A DNA stretch of 64,000 nucleotides from Octopus vulgaris (taxonomy: Eukaryota), in contig OX597823.1 of NCBI GenBank assembly GCA_951406725.2, forward strand, positions 55,862,001 to 55,926,000. The letters run 5' to 3'. Made by a program: the position numbers and the translations under genes. The notes under the pieces are model-generated. The model worked only from the letters and a program-made list of their open reading frames with translations. It was not told the origin of the DNA and did not search any database. Of the stretch, positions 51,180-64,000 are shown piece after piece; position 1 is the stretch's first letter, and each line of letters opens with the position of its first letter.

Positions 51180-51724
51180 CCATTACTGTCGTCGTTGTCA
51201 TCACCGCCGTTGTCGCCGTGTTGTTGCCATTATAGTTGTGTTGAGGCCAACGGAGAAACAAGACACGGCATAGTTTCTCAGTGAAGGAAAAACAGCACCA
51301 AGCGTTTCCTATTTCTTTCGGTTGTTAAAGAATACCCGCTAGAAGGGGACACTAGCACGTTATAAAGTTAGTCACCAGTTTGCTACGCCTTTACCCATTT
51401 TGTACTGGATAGAAATGGAGCAATTTGAAATAATGTGATTCGAAGCCACGATCTTATAAGCTTGAGCCCAGCATCTTAACCACTAAGTCACACACTCATT
51501 AAAGCCTAAATTTAGATGAAGGAAACGGGTGGCTGTGGTAGTAATAGTAGTCTTAATGATGGTGGAAATTAACATACGTCGAACTCGTGTTTATTCTTGT
51601 TCCAGTTTCAATCATAAAACTGCAACTATACTGGGTCAGCTTCTTTAAAGTTACCCTTTTGACGCAGTTCAACGCATTGTTTACACCAGAGTGAACAAAC
51701 ATAGATACATATACACGCATATAA

Positions 51725-51776
<52 letters not shown>

Positions 51777-51951
51777 TCATGTATATATATATACATATAT
51801 ATACATACGTATATGTGTGTGTGTGTGTAAGAAAATGGAGAAAAATGTATAGTGGATACTTATTTTATTTGTATCACGATAAAAACATACCAAACCATTT
51901 AATACAAATAAAATTAAAAGGAACATATATTTTTAAAAAATAGCATAAAAT

Positions 51952-52077
51952 TGCCTACACACGTTTCAATCTGGTCATTAGATGAACAATGTTTCAGATC
52001 CGCAGGATTAGAACCATGTTAAGAGTTCTAGATGTAAAAAAACATAAGACACAGTATAACCAGATATCATCAGGGCA
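51952..52077 (-). ncRNA. Type I hammerhead ribozyme with large stem II insertion, in a probable Penelope pLTR
   Basis: tgcc|CTGATGA|tatctggtta...tgaccagatt|GAAAC GTGT GTA|ggca, followed downstream by AATAAA and a microsatellite. Confidence 0.72.
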
Positions 52078-53151
52078 GCCTACATAGTACAAAAGGCTAA
52101 TGCTTATATATTTTTTCAAAGGAATTCAAATTGGTGGTAAGAAACGTACTGAATAAGATAGATGAGGGCCGCATATTCATATATCCAAGTAATTAAGTTG
52201 TTAGAAAAGATGGAACGTCAAAAGGGGTAGTAGAGAGAGGTATTAGTTGACCAAATCATGCTAAAGGACTATGATGGATTTGAAAAACAGACGGTTATAG
52301 GTATTGAAGGACATTATGTAATCATTTAAAAAATTAGGGTAAGATATTGTAAAGACGTTAAGTAAATAGAATGAATTAAAAAGAAGAGTGAGAGATAAGA
52401 AAATAAAAATATAGAGAAAAAGAATTTTTTTCTGGGAGAAAAAATAACGAAATGGGAATAAAATAGAGGCGCATTATTTAAATGAATTAAACTAGAAAAG
52501 CCATAAGTGATTTGGGATATAAAATATAAGAAATAATAATTGGTTATACTATTCTAAAGTTATGTTTATGAAAAATTAGGCTATATTGTATACTAAAGTA
52601 GAAATTTAAAATGGTTCACTCATAAAGAGATTTCTATCTTTACTGGGTAAGATAAATATATGGTGGAGGGTATATTAGTTAAATAAAATATTTAGATACT
52701 AATTCTACGTTGATGGACATAATTCTACGATTATGGACAGAAATTTATCGTTACTTATACTAGAGAAAAGTTGTTTTTATTATTATTATTCTGTAGCATG
52801 TATATGAACTAAAAGATACATTCTATTATGCAGAAAAAAGTATTAGATTGATTACAAATTATAGTGTACTTACTTCTATGAGGAATTTTAAGATTTGTGC
52901 AAATAAATGTAAAAATATGAGGTAAGTTTTTATTTTTAATCGCTACTTATTCAGAAAAAATGGTTGTAATCAAGACAAAGGGAGAGTTATCTCCCTTCGT
53001 CTGCCTAGATGAATTATGATCAATTGACAGATAAAAGAATTAGAAAGAGATAACTAGGAGATATACAGAAACAATATTTGTTTTGTAATTTAATCATACT
53101 GAAGATATGAGTATATCGAGTATATGGATGATATGTATATATACATGTATA

Positions 53152-53216
<65 letters not shown>

Positions 53217-53218
<2 letters not shown>

Positions 53219-53553
53219 GGGTAAAGACCCCCTTCGGTCAGGCACTGACCATGGGTTTGCACCTAGAGAGATACCCTCTGAGGCACAAGTCTGGGCAAGG
53301 TTGTTTTTTTTTTTTTATGGAAGACCAGCAGTCGCCCATGCATACCGGCTTCCCCTCTCCACGTCACCGATGTTGTCCAAGGGAAAGGCAAGGGCCGATA
53401 CAGCTTGGCACCTGTGACGTCGCAACTCATTTCTACAGCTGAGTGAACTGGAGTAACGTGAAATAAAGTGCATTGCTCAAGAACACAACACGCAGCCCGG
53501 TCTGGGATTCGAGCTCACAACCTCACGATCGTAAGCTCGACGCTCTAACCACT
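53217..53553 (-). mobile_element. SINE family D, near full length
   Basis: tRNA-like head agtggttagagcgtcgagcttacgatcgtgaggttgtgagctcgaatccc followed by a CORE-like gttcttgagcaa segment. Confidence 0.8.
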
Positions 53554-53876
53554 ATATATACACGCACAAACACACACACACATATTTACATGAATACATC
53601 TTGTTTTCATTGTATATGAATAATTATTATAACGATTTTAGTTTGTCTTGTTTGCTTCCATCATTACCCTGTACGTTCGTTAGCTATTCCCAGTGACCTT
53701 TTTGCAACTGGCTCCAACAAGATGGAACGGTATCAACGATAAAGGCGCGAAACCGTTATGATCATTTTAATGTTGACTGGTGAGGAATTAGCTACGAATT
53801 TTGCGTTTGTTATGTTTTTATTAATACCTTGAAATATTATTTATGTAACACAGCGTTCTCCTTATATTTTTGTTAC

Positions 53877-53941
<65 letters not shown>

Positions 53942-53993
53942 TGGGACAAGAACGCAAAACATCCGGACAAGTAGGGTGACACAAAAAGGGACA

Positions 53994-54047
<54 letters not shown>

Positions 54048-55803
54048 CTATCTATGAGTGAAAGTATGGTTGCATATATGTATACATACTAGAAAATCCG
54101 AAGTCGATCCTCAGTAGGGTTTTAAAACTTGAAGAGGAAGGTACATGACAAGGGCAAATACATTTTGTCCAGACACTCAACCGCGTTTTGATATTCCACT
54201 GTAGAACCCTTTGGATGTTATCTAGAGCACCATTGAGTTGTATATCATTTTGTCTAGGACTGTACTGCACAAACTCTTTTCTACAATTTCACACCATTTT
54301 TTCTTATTTCATTTGTGTTTCATCCAAATGTTGACGAAACTTAACACCAATGTTCAGACACAATTTTAACTTTAAAAAGACCATCGTCTGTACTTTTTAG
54401 CACTATACGTCTATATGAGAGTTTTTCTCCCGGCTAATACTACAATGATGTGGTTTTCCATAGTATATCCACATTAAGTAAGACATACAGAGTGCTATTC
54501 TGAACCAATATTGCTTCCCTCGCTAAAAACAAATGTTTACCCTACCTGCCAGTTATTTGCAGCACCAGTTTTTTTTTATAATTAGTAGACGCTAAACTTT
54601 TTCAAGCAAACAGATGATAGAGGATACTTGCTACAGACAACCTGCAAGAACACAGAAATCCAAATTTAGCAATTCCATCACTCATGGTGGTCACTTTTCG
54701 TCTGGTACTGATACACTCCTTTCCTTTTTAGCACTAAAAGTCTATACGAGACGCTTCCTCGACTGCCATTTTGTGGCTTTCTATATTATACCGTTGTTAA
54801 GTAATATATACAGAATGCGCTGCTGAGCTAATATTCTGCTTTCGTCGCTTATAAATTATTAGCATAATAATAGTTTCTAACACAGAATCAAGGTCAGAAA
54901 TTTGGAAGGAAGTGTTAGTCGATTAAATCGCTTCTAATAGTAAACTGTTATATCGTTAGCACACCGGGTGGAGTGCTTAGCGGCATTTCGTTCGTCTTCA
55001 CGTTTTAAATTCAAATTCCGTCAAGTCGACTTTGCCTTTCATCCTTTCGGGTTCGGTAAAATAAGTACCATTTTGAGTACTGAGGTCGATGTAACCGACT
55101 TACTCCCTCCCCCCAAAACTGCTGACTTTGTGCCAAAATTTAAAATCAATATTAACAAATACTTTATTTGATCGCTCCTAGAAAGATAAAATGGCAAAGC
55201 TGATTTCGGCAAGCTTTGAACTTAGAACGCAAAATGCCAAAACAAGCAGCGTAAGACAGATTGTTCGATACTAATGATTCTGCTATACCACCGCCAAAGG
55301 TCAGGCCTCTGGTATAAAAATATCAAATTGAGTTTTAAAAACATGAAATGCGTGATCGTGAGAAACCTAGGATCAATATGCATACAACTATTTCATGAAA
55401 CTACAAATGTTGCCATATCTCAGTAAAACTTTTGTTTGACCTACATATGAGCTTTCTGACAAACTTTGTGTTTCACTTGTATAGTGAAGTGGAATTGTAT
55501 AAGCTTGAAACAATAGAGTTGTGCTACATAGCATGCTTATAATATTGCTCTAAGTGGTTTTTAGTTCTTCATAATTCCAAAGATTCTGGAGTGATTGAAA
55601 TGATAAAAGACTCGAACGAAATGCCTTGCAGCACCCAAGTTACGTCACTTTCAGTAATATGTTCCAATGTTGCCAAGGCTGGCATTAAATGTTATTCCTC
55701 AAGGCACATTAAAATGCGTGCAAAACATGTATTTAGAATCATGTTCTATCATAAAATGATTAAACAGCTCTCTAAATATGTTCAGCTCTTGGTCAGAGCT
55801 AGA

Positions 55804-55861
<58 letters not shown>

Positions 55862-55865
<4 letters not shown>

Positions 55866-56077
55866 TTTTCTACTCTAGGCACAAGGCCCGAAATTTTGGG
55901 GAAGGGGACCAGTCGATTAAATCAACCCCAGTGCGCAACCGGTACTTATTTTATCGACCCCGAAAGGATGAAAGGCAGAGTCGACCTCGGCAGAATTTGA
56001 ACTCTGAACGTAAAGACAGACGATTACCGCTAAGTATTTCGCCCGGCGTGCTAACGTTTCTGCCAGTTCGCCGCCTT
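55862..56077 (-). mobile_element. Family C SINE inserted within (TAA)n
   Basis: Reverse complement of 49110-49322, with (AAT)n on both sides. Confidence 0.8.
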
Positions 56078-56692
<615 letters not shown>

Positions 56693-56960
56693 CAATAATG
56701 AAGATGATAATAGTAATTCAAATTTTGTCACAAGACCGGCAATTTCATAGAAGGGGTAAGTCGATCGCAGCGACCCCAGGGCTCAACTGTTTCTTATTTC
56801 ATCGACCCCGAATGGATAAAAGGCAAAAGTCGACCTTGATGGAGTTTGAACGTAAGGACGGACGAAATGCTGCTAAGCATTTTGCCTGGCGTGCTGACAA
56901 TTCTGGCTGCTCGCCGCGTTATTATATTATATTATACATTTTACTGTAGACGTACACATA

Positions 56961-57334
56961 CTCTCGTTTACTTGTTTCAGTCATTTGACTGCGCCCATGC
57001 TGGAGCACCGCCTTTAGTCGAGCAAATCGACCGCAGGTCTTATTCTTTGAAAGCCTAGTACTTATTCTATCAGTCTCTTTTGCCGAATCAGCATTGGTTG
57101 TCAAGCGATATTGGAGGGACACACAGACACACAAACACACACACATATATATATATACATATACATATATGCGACGTGCTTCTTTCAGTTTCCGTCTACC
57201 AAATCCACTCACAAGGCTTTGGTCGGCCCGAGTCTATAGTAGAAGACACTTGCCCAAAGTGCCACACGGTGAAACTGAACCCAGAACCATGTGGTTAGTA
57301 AGTAGGCTACTTATCAAACAGCCACTCCTGCGCC
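56961..57334 (-). mobile_element. Family A SINE
   Basis: Reverse complement of 3275-3662. Confidence 0.8.
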
Positions 57335-58358
57335 ATAGAGAATACTTCAAGCTGGACATCATTCGCATCATCGATCCTACCATGAGACGACTAGGATTAA
57401 ATAGGGCATAAGCGGCTCCTACACTTACTGTTAAACAAAAAGAATGTTCCTGGTGAGGCATAATGCCAGACAAAATAGTTGTTTCTGTGTTTCGTCACAT
57501 ATTATATACTCGATATTAATTAATATTAGCTTTTATATTTACTCTGGAAAATCTGATACGGTACCGATAAGATTATCGAGAGAAATATACCGGTTTTCTA
57601 TGCATATGCGTGTGTATGTGTACGTGTATGTGTATATGTGTCGGGTTGTGCATTTATGTGTTGATCCGTATTTTTGTGCTTGTAAGAATGCATATGTGTA
57701 TGTGCGCATGAGTGTGTGTATGTACGTATGAACGTGTGTGTGTGTGTGTGTGTTTGTGTGTGGACGTGCGTGCGTGCGTGTGAGTGCGTAAGCGTGTGAG
57801 TGTGTATATATATACATGTGCATGTATTTGTGTGTATTTGTATGTGCATGTTTATATGTGTATGTTTCTGCATGTGTCTATGGAGTACGCGGTTGTCCTT
57901 ATATATGTGTGCACATATGTTTATGCGGACGTACGTGGGTGTATGTGCTTGCGGACGTGTTTACGTATATGCGTTTGTATATACGTGAATGCATGTGCGA
58001 GTGTGCCTTTATGAGTGCATATGTCTACATATGTCCCCCTATAAGTACATATCTATGTATGTATGAATGCTATATGAGTGTATTCATATGATTCTTTCTG
58101 TTCAGTAGTTTCAACCATTCTGCATGATATTTCATATGGCATTTAATCTATATTGCAGGCGCAGAGGAGTGGAAAGCGACTTCTGGGAACCCGCAGCTCA
58201 ATATCGCATTCCCAGTTGTGGCTATTTCCATTTCACTTATCTAGTTATTATTGTTTCGTTAGATCACTCTCCACTTTATCTCTCTATCTGAAGTTCCGTA
58301 GGTACTATGTAGGTCTTTAAACTTCAGCTCGATATAACATTGCAGTAAATCCAACTTG

Positions 58359-58437
<79 letters not shown>

Positions 58438-59324
58438 TCGGCTAGATTCATCCTTAAGGGCAACATATATTTAGACTGAAAAATGAAAAAGCATAAATTT
58501 CAAAGATTCTATTTGATTTTTTCAACGACTGTTTCATTAAGAATGAACATGATTAATTCCATAATTACGTAATGAAGGTACATTATTAATTAATATGAAT
58601 ATATTTTTTTCAGTCAGAAAACGAAGGGCATTGGTCATGATCTTATACCGATCACAATCCTGGTTACTACCGATAGATTATTAGGATAGGAAACATTCAT
58701 CTTTTAGACTCTACCTTTAACTAAAAAAATTTTAATCAATGAGGAGTCCTCTGTCCGGTCTTTGATCTGTTTAAAACAGCAACTAAATGTTGCCGGCCTC
58801 ATGAAAAACTCTTTGGGTAATGAAATCCGAGATATGTACATAATAACTTAGAAAGAGCGGATATTCATGAGTAGAACCTCTTTGAACATAGAAATGATCG
58901 GTATCAGAGCAATCATAGACTTAAATAACAAAAAGCAAAGAATATATTCCTTGCTTAATAGATAGTACCATTTGCGCTGCCAAAAGTGAAGCTAACATAA
59001 ACTATGTTAGAGCTGAAACCTTGCCAACTAATTTACTTATATATATATATATTGAATAAAAAGCAGAAATTTCACAGGTAGTCCATAATTAAATTACTTT
59101 CAACAGCTGTTTCGTTGGGAATAAACATAATTAATTCTATAATTATGCTATTAAGACAAATAATTGATTTATATAAGTAAATTTAAAGTAATCTGCATCT
59201 CATATGAATCTTGCATATTTTTATACCTGCGACTATTTATGGATGGTATAGCCAGTAGTAATTGTATATGTGTGTATAAGTGTGTGTTTTGTGTATGTAT
59301 GTATGCATGTATGTTAATAAGTGT

Positions 59325-59376
<52 letters not shown>

Positions 59377-60009
59377 GTGTGAGTGAAACTCTGTCAATCT
59401 TCATTTATCAGGTAAATCCAGGAAGGATTTTCTCAACAGTATGATATGAAAGGCTGTTACTTCTTACGAATCCATCGAAATACTGGATCTCTTTGCAGCA
59501 TCGTTAGAACGACGGATAAAATACCCGGTTTGCTTCACGTTGTATGTGTATATGTATATGTGTATAGGTACTTGCGTGTGTATGAATTTACACACACGCA
59601 TATATATTTGTGTATATATATATACATATATATATATATACACACATATATGTGTGTGTGTCTGTGTCTATGTATCTGTGTCTATATGTGCATATGTGTG
59701 TGCGTATGTATCTGTGTGTGTCTGTACATATAACTGTACATGTAAATGTGTGCGGGAATTTCCGGGTATAGAGACGTATTGATGCATATGCGAGGTGGTT
59801 TATATGCGCATGCGTGTGTGTTCATGCATGTTGGGCGAAAGGAATCCATGTAAAGGACTGTGTGTAAGCGTGTATGCGGTAAAGGTGTAAGGGAGAAGGT
59901 AGACGCTGATGGGGGAAAACATATTAACAAGAAAGGCAATTAAGCATACTTCATCTCATTATGACATTTCCTTCTGTACAATCACTAATTAGATTCTCAT
60001 ATGGTTTCT

Positions 60010-60072
<63 letters not shown>

Positions 60073-60310
60073 ACTCTCTCTCTCTCTCTGTTTGTATCTG
60101 CATATATGTGTATACATCTAAGTGCGTTCACACATATACAAGTATAAATATGTATGTGTATATATCTGTATATATGTATCATATTTATGTATTATATGTG
60201 AGCATGTGCGATTTTGTGTATACACACACATACATATATACATATACATATTTTTATATGCATGTGTGAATATATATATATATATATTCACACATGCATA
60301 TAAAAATATA

Positions 60311-60341
<31 letters not shown>

Positions 60342-60355
60342 GAATACATATGTAC

Positions 60356-60467
<112 letters not shown>

Positions 60468-61418
60468 GCATACATATTACTATGCTTAATCAATAATATC
60501 CAAATTATCAAGAATATATAGAACTCGATAAAGCGATGCAGAATAACGTATTTGTATTTATAAACCAATTCTAGTTAATTTCTCATGCGAGCCACTGTTG
60601 ATTTTTCCATGCTATTCACTCCCAGCTTTACTCAACAAGGTATGCAATCATATATATATCCATTACATAGTCATATATATATATATATATAAGTGGAAAT
60701 TGGAACAAGAACGTTACAGGCGACGACAAAACATCCGCACAGACGATACAAAAAAAGGAGAGGCAAACACAAGGACGGGTCATTCGGAGCTTCCTATCCT
60801 CAGTCGAGTAGCAGATTATCTTACCAGTTTCGGCCGGTTACACTCGAGACTGCAGCAATCTGGCCGGCACCAAGAAAATCTAAGCTAGGAGCACCAGATT
60901 CCTTGGAAGAAAGCAAGCGAATGTATACGAAAACAAGGACGAAAAATATACACAATTACAAATACAAACAACAGGTGTCTTTCGACCAAGGACAAATTAA
61001 ATTAAGCTGGCGTGTGTGGAAGTGAAGCCTTACGGCAGGGACGTAGGAGGTTAAAGTCATGGAAAGGAATATAAGAGATGCTACACGGGAGGTAGTCGAA
61101 CCAAGAATGAAAGGTCAGGCTTGGCAAATCACATGAAGGGAGAAGAAAGAGCTTGGGGCAGAGGGATTGAAGATTTAGGGAGGGACGGTAAAGTGAGAAA
61201 ATGTAAGAAAACGAAAGGAAAGGGACAGGTTGAGGTAAAAGAGGAGGGAAAGTGAGAATGAATGGAAGGCCAAGAAATGTTAGAGAGGAGGAGCAAGGAA
61301 AGGAAATGAGGAAAGAACGAAGAAAGTGTGAAGGAGGCTAAGACACACACACATGCATACGCACACACATGCACACAGACACACACACACATCTTTGTGT
61401 GTGTGTGTGTGTGTGCGA

Positions 61419-61454
<36 letters not shown>

Positions 61455-61621
61455 GTGTATATTTAAAGGGCTAAAAAACCACTATGTGGTTAGCCATATG
61501 CTAGAAGTAGATTACCTGCGATCAAACTACAAAGAAAAGAATGTTCTCTAGAGAAAAATTCAGCGGACACCAGAACAATATGCGGGCAAGACAGATGAAA
61601 ATTATATAAAAAACAAGAATT

Positions 61622-61704
61622 AATCGCAGACCTAGGTTTCGCGTATTAACGAATGAATCACTTACGTAATCGTAATCGTCCCCGTAGGGCTCGTCAGTAC
61701 GATC
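61622..61704 (-). ncRNA. Type I hammerhead ribozyme
   Basis: gatcgta|CTGACGA|gc...gc|GAAAC CTAG GTC|tgcgatt: 7-bp stem I, palindromic stem III ACCTAGGT, GUC triplet. Confidence 0.75.
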
Positions 61705-62106
61705 GTTCCACAGGTAATTTATTATATATATATAAAAATTCGTATATACATCCCTGAAATCTTACACACAAGCAACATCTCATATCCTGTATGCATGTGC
61801 GTGTGAGTATGGCTCGCACATTTTCTGTCCAACTCTCTGTGTACTTTGTGTGTGTGTGTATTTTCCTGCCCTGAGAATCAGAATTTGAGTGGAATTCAAA
61901 CATTGGCTGTCGCATTTATTCAAAAAGAACTGTTGATTGAAGTAGACACCCTAAACTTGATTGCTTTTGACAAAAATAGATTGTTACAAAGAAGGGGAAT
62001 GCAATCAAGGAGCGCACGCTCATTCATACATACATTTACAAAGATACATGAAGCTAATGATATAAATCGTACACGTACATACATACACGCATACACACAC
62101 ACATAT

Positions 62107-62191
<85 letters not shown>

Positions 62192-62510
62192 GATCTATAT
62201 ACATATATACCGACATAGATACTCATACATTTATATATATATGTATATATATATATGAATTTGTACGCGTATATGTATAATTGTACACATATACACACAT
62301 ACATATATATATATGTATATACATATATATATAAAATTGAACATATATATATATATATACGAAATTGTACGCGTATATGTATAATTGTACACATATACAC
62401 ACATACATATATATATATGTATATACATATATATATAAAATTGAACATATATATATATATATATATATATATACGAAATTGTACGCGTATATGTATAATT
62501 GTACACATAT

Positions 62511-62567
<57 letters not shown>

Positions 62568-63002
62568 CATATATATATAAAATTGAACATATATATATAT
62601 ATATACAGAGAGAGAGAGAGAGAGATACATACATACATAGATACATGCATATATACGTACACGTACGTACGTACATACATACATACTTACATACATATAT
62701 ATACATGTATGTATGTATTTATGTACAAGCACACTGATGCAAATATGGGTATATATTGATGCATATAAAATATATAGACACTTACACAGGTATGGCAGCA
62801 CCTGCCTTTCCTCTCTACTTAGAATTCAGACGCTCGATGTTGGATATATTCAACGAGAAATTGTTGATTAAAGTAGACGCCCTAAACATGATTGCTTTTA
62901 ATATAGATGGATTGTTACAAAGAAGCTAACCATGGATTGATACACATATGCGTATGTACGTGTATATACATTTACACACACACACACACACACATATGAC
63001 TA

Positions 63003-63039
<37 letters not shown>

Positions 63040-63232
63040 CATACACACACACATGACAAAAATATTGAGGTTTCTATCTATCTCTCTCTATATATATGTA
63101 TATACATCACCGTGATCACCGTGACCGATCAGGCTATGAGATGTTGCTACACATCGCTGGTCACAATGCGCTTCGCTTTGTTTTAACCTTCAAATGACGC
63201 CACCGCGCTGGCTAAGCGAGCAGGCCAATATA

Positions 63233-63274
<42 letters not shown>

Positions 63275-63424
63275 TAGTGTACATTTAAACACAAAAGAAA
63301 ACTATCCTTTAACAGGTAATTTTACATGCTAGAAATAGCAGCCAACACGGCCAAAACCACGATTTAATAGCAATTTTCGAGCCAAATGAAAAATAAAAAC
63401 TTTTACCTTGTTATTTTTATTAGT

Positions 63425-63533
63425 GGTTATATCATGGTTTCAAATTTCTTTAGCAAATAAGATTATTTGCCATCCTTTGATAGGTAATTTAGCAAAACAA
63501 TATTATCCACCAAGCAAATGCTCGTCAGTAACC
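63425..63533 (-). ncRNA. Decayed type I hammerhead
   Basis: ggtta|CTGACGA|...|GAAAC CATG ATA|taacc. Stem I is perfect, but G16.2 is mutated and stem II is weak. Confidence 0.5.
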
Positions 63534-63621
63534 GGCGTCAATAACTAACTTATAATTCTGAGACAAAATAACACGTGTCCCGTCATTATATGTTATAATC
63601 TTTCAAAATTACGTGCACAGG

Positions 63622-63660
<39 letters not shown>

Positions 63661-63674
63661 CATACTTTTACACT

Positions 63675-63845
63675 TCTACTCTTTTACTTGTTTCAGTCAT
63701 TAGACTGTGGCAATGCTGGAACACCATCTTAAAGGTTTTTAGTCAGAGAAACCGACCCCAGAACTTATTTTAAGCCAAGTACTTATTTTATCACTCTTTT
63801 GCCGAACCGCTAATTTACGAGGGACGCAATCACACCAACACCGGC
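63675..63845 (-). mobile_element. Family A SINE 3' part
   Basis: ttttacttgtttcagtcatt...gccgaaccgctaa is the reverse complement of the family A tail. Confidence 0.65.
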
Positions 63846-64000
63846 TATACATATAAATATACACATGTATATACATACATAAATATTCTATAATTATAAA
63901 CATAATTATAATTAGGGCTCAGCTAATTGCTTCGCCACGCACCGAATTTAGCAATAGGAGCTAAAATACCTTTTCTACGACTGTAAAATTTCTCCTAAAC

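Noticed and set aside
50872-51273. Poly-His/Pro and poly-Arg/Met ORFs
   Set aside because: Products of (CCT)n/(CAT)n triplet repeats with no domain context.

Overview
This is eukaryotic, AT-rich, microsatellite-saturated DNA that looks intergenic or intronic. The SINE families and repeat style suggest a coleoid cephalopod such as Octopus (inference). No host protein-coding gene is recognisable, and most ORF-track entries are translated (TA)n/(CA)n/(TATG)n/(TAA)n repeats. The window is a mosaic of mobile elements: a long intact R4/Dong-type RT+RLE LINE ORF in a (TAA)n tract, two further RLE fragments, RTE fragments, Tc1 (DD36E), maT (DD37D), mariner and Tigger remnants, a non-autonomous Helitron, a heavily decayed ~4.6 kb autonomous Helitron missed by the ORF track, tRNA- and Meta-type SINEs, and a 5S rRNA copy fused to a tRNA-SINE. 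The most striking unannotated signal is a set of type I hammerhead ribozymes read by eye: six with an intact core plus several decayed ones. They typically have a palindromic stem III, flank (TA)n tracts, and are often followed by a shared GCTGCTATTTCTAGCA-like motif. One locus (532-1702) has two same-strand hammerheads 912 nt apart with an opposite-strand hammerhead between them, resembling a retrozyme or ambisense circular-RNA unit. All folds and homologies were assessed manually; no searches were run.
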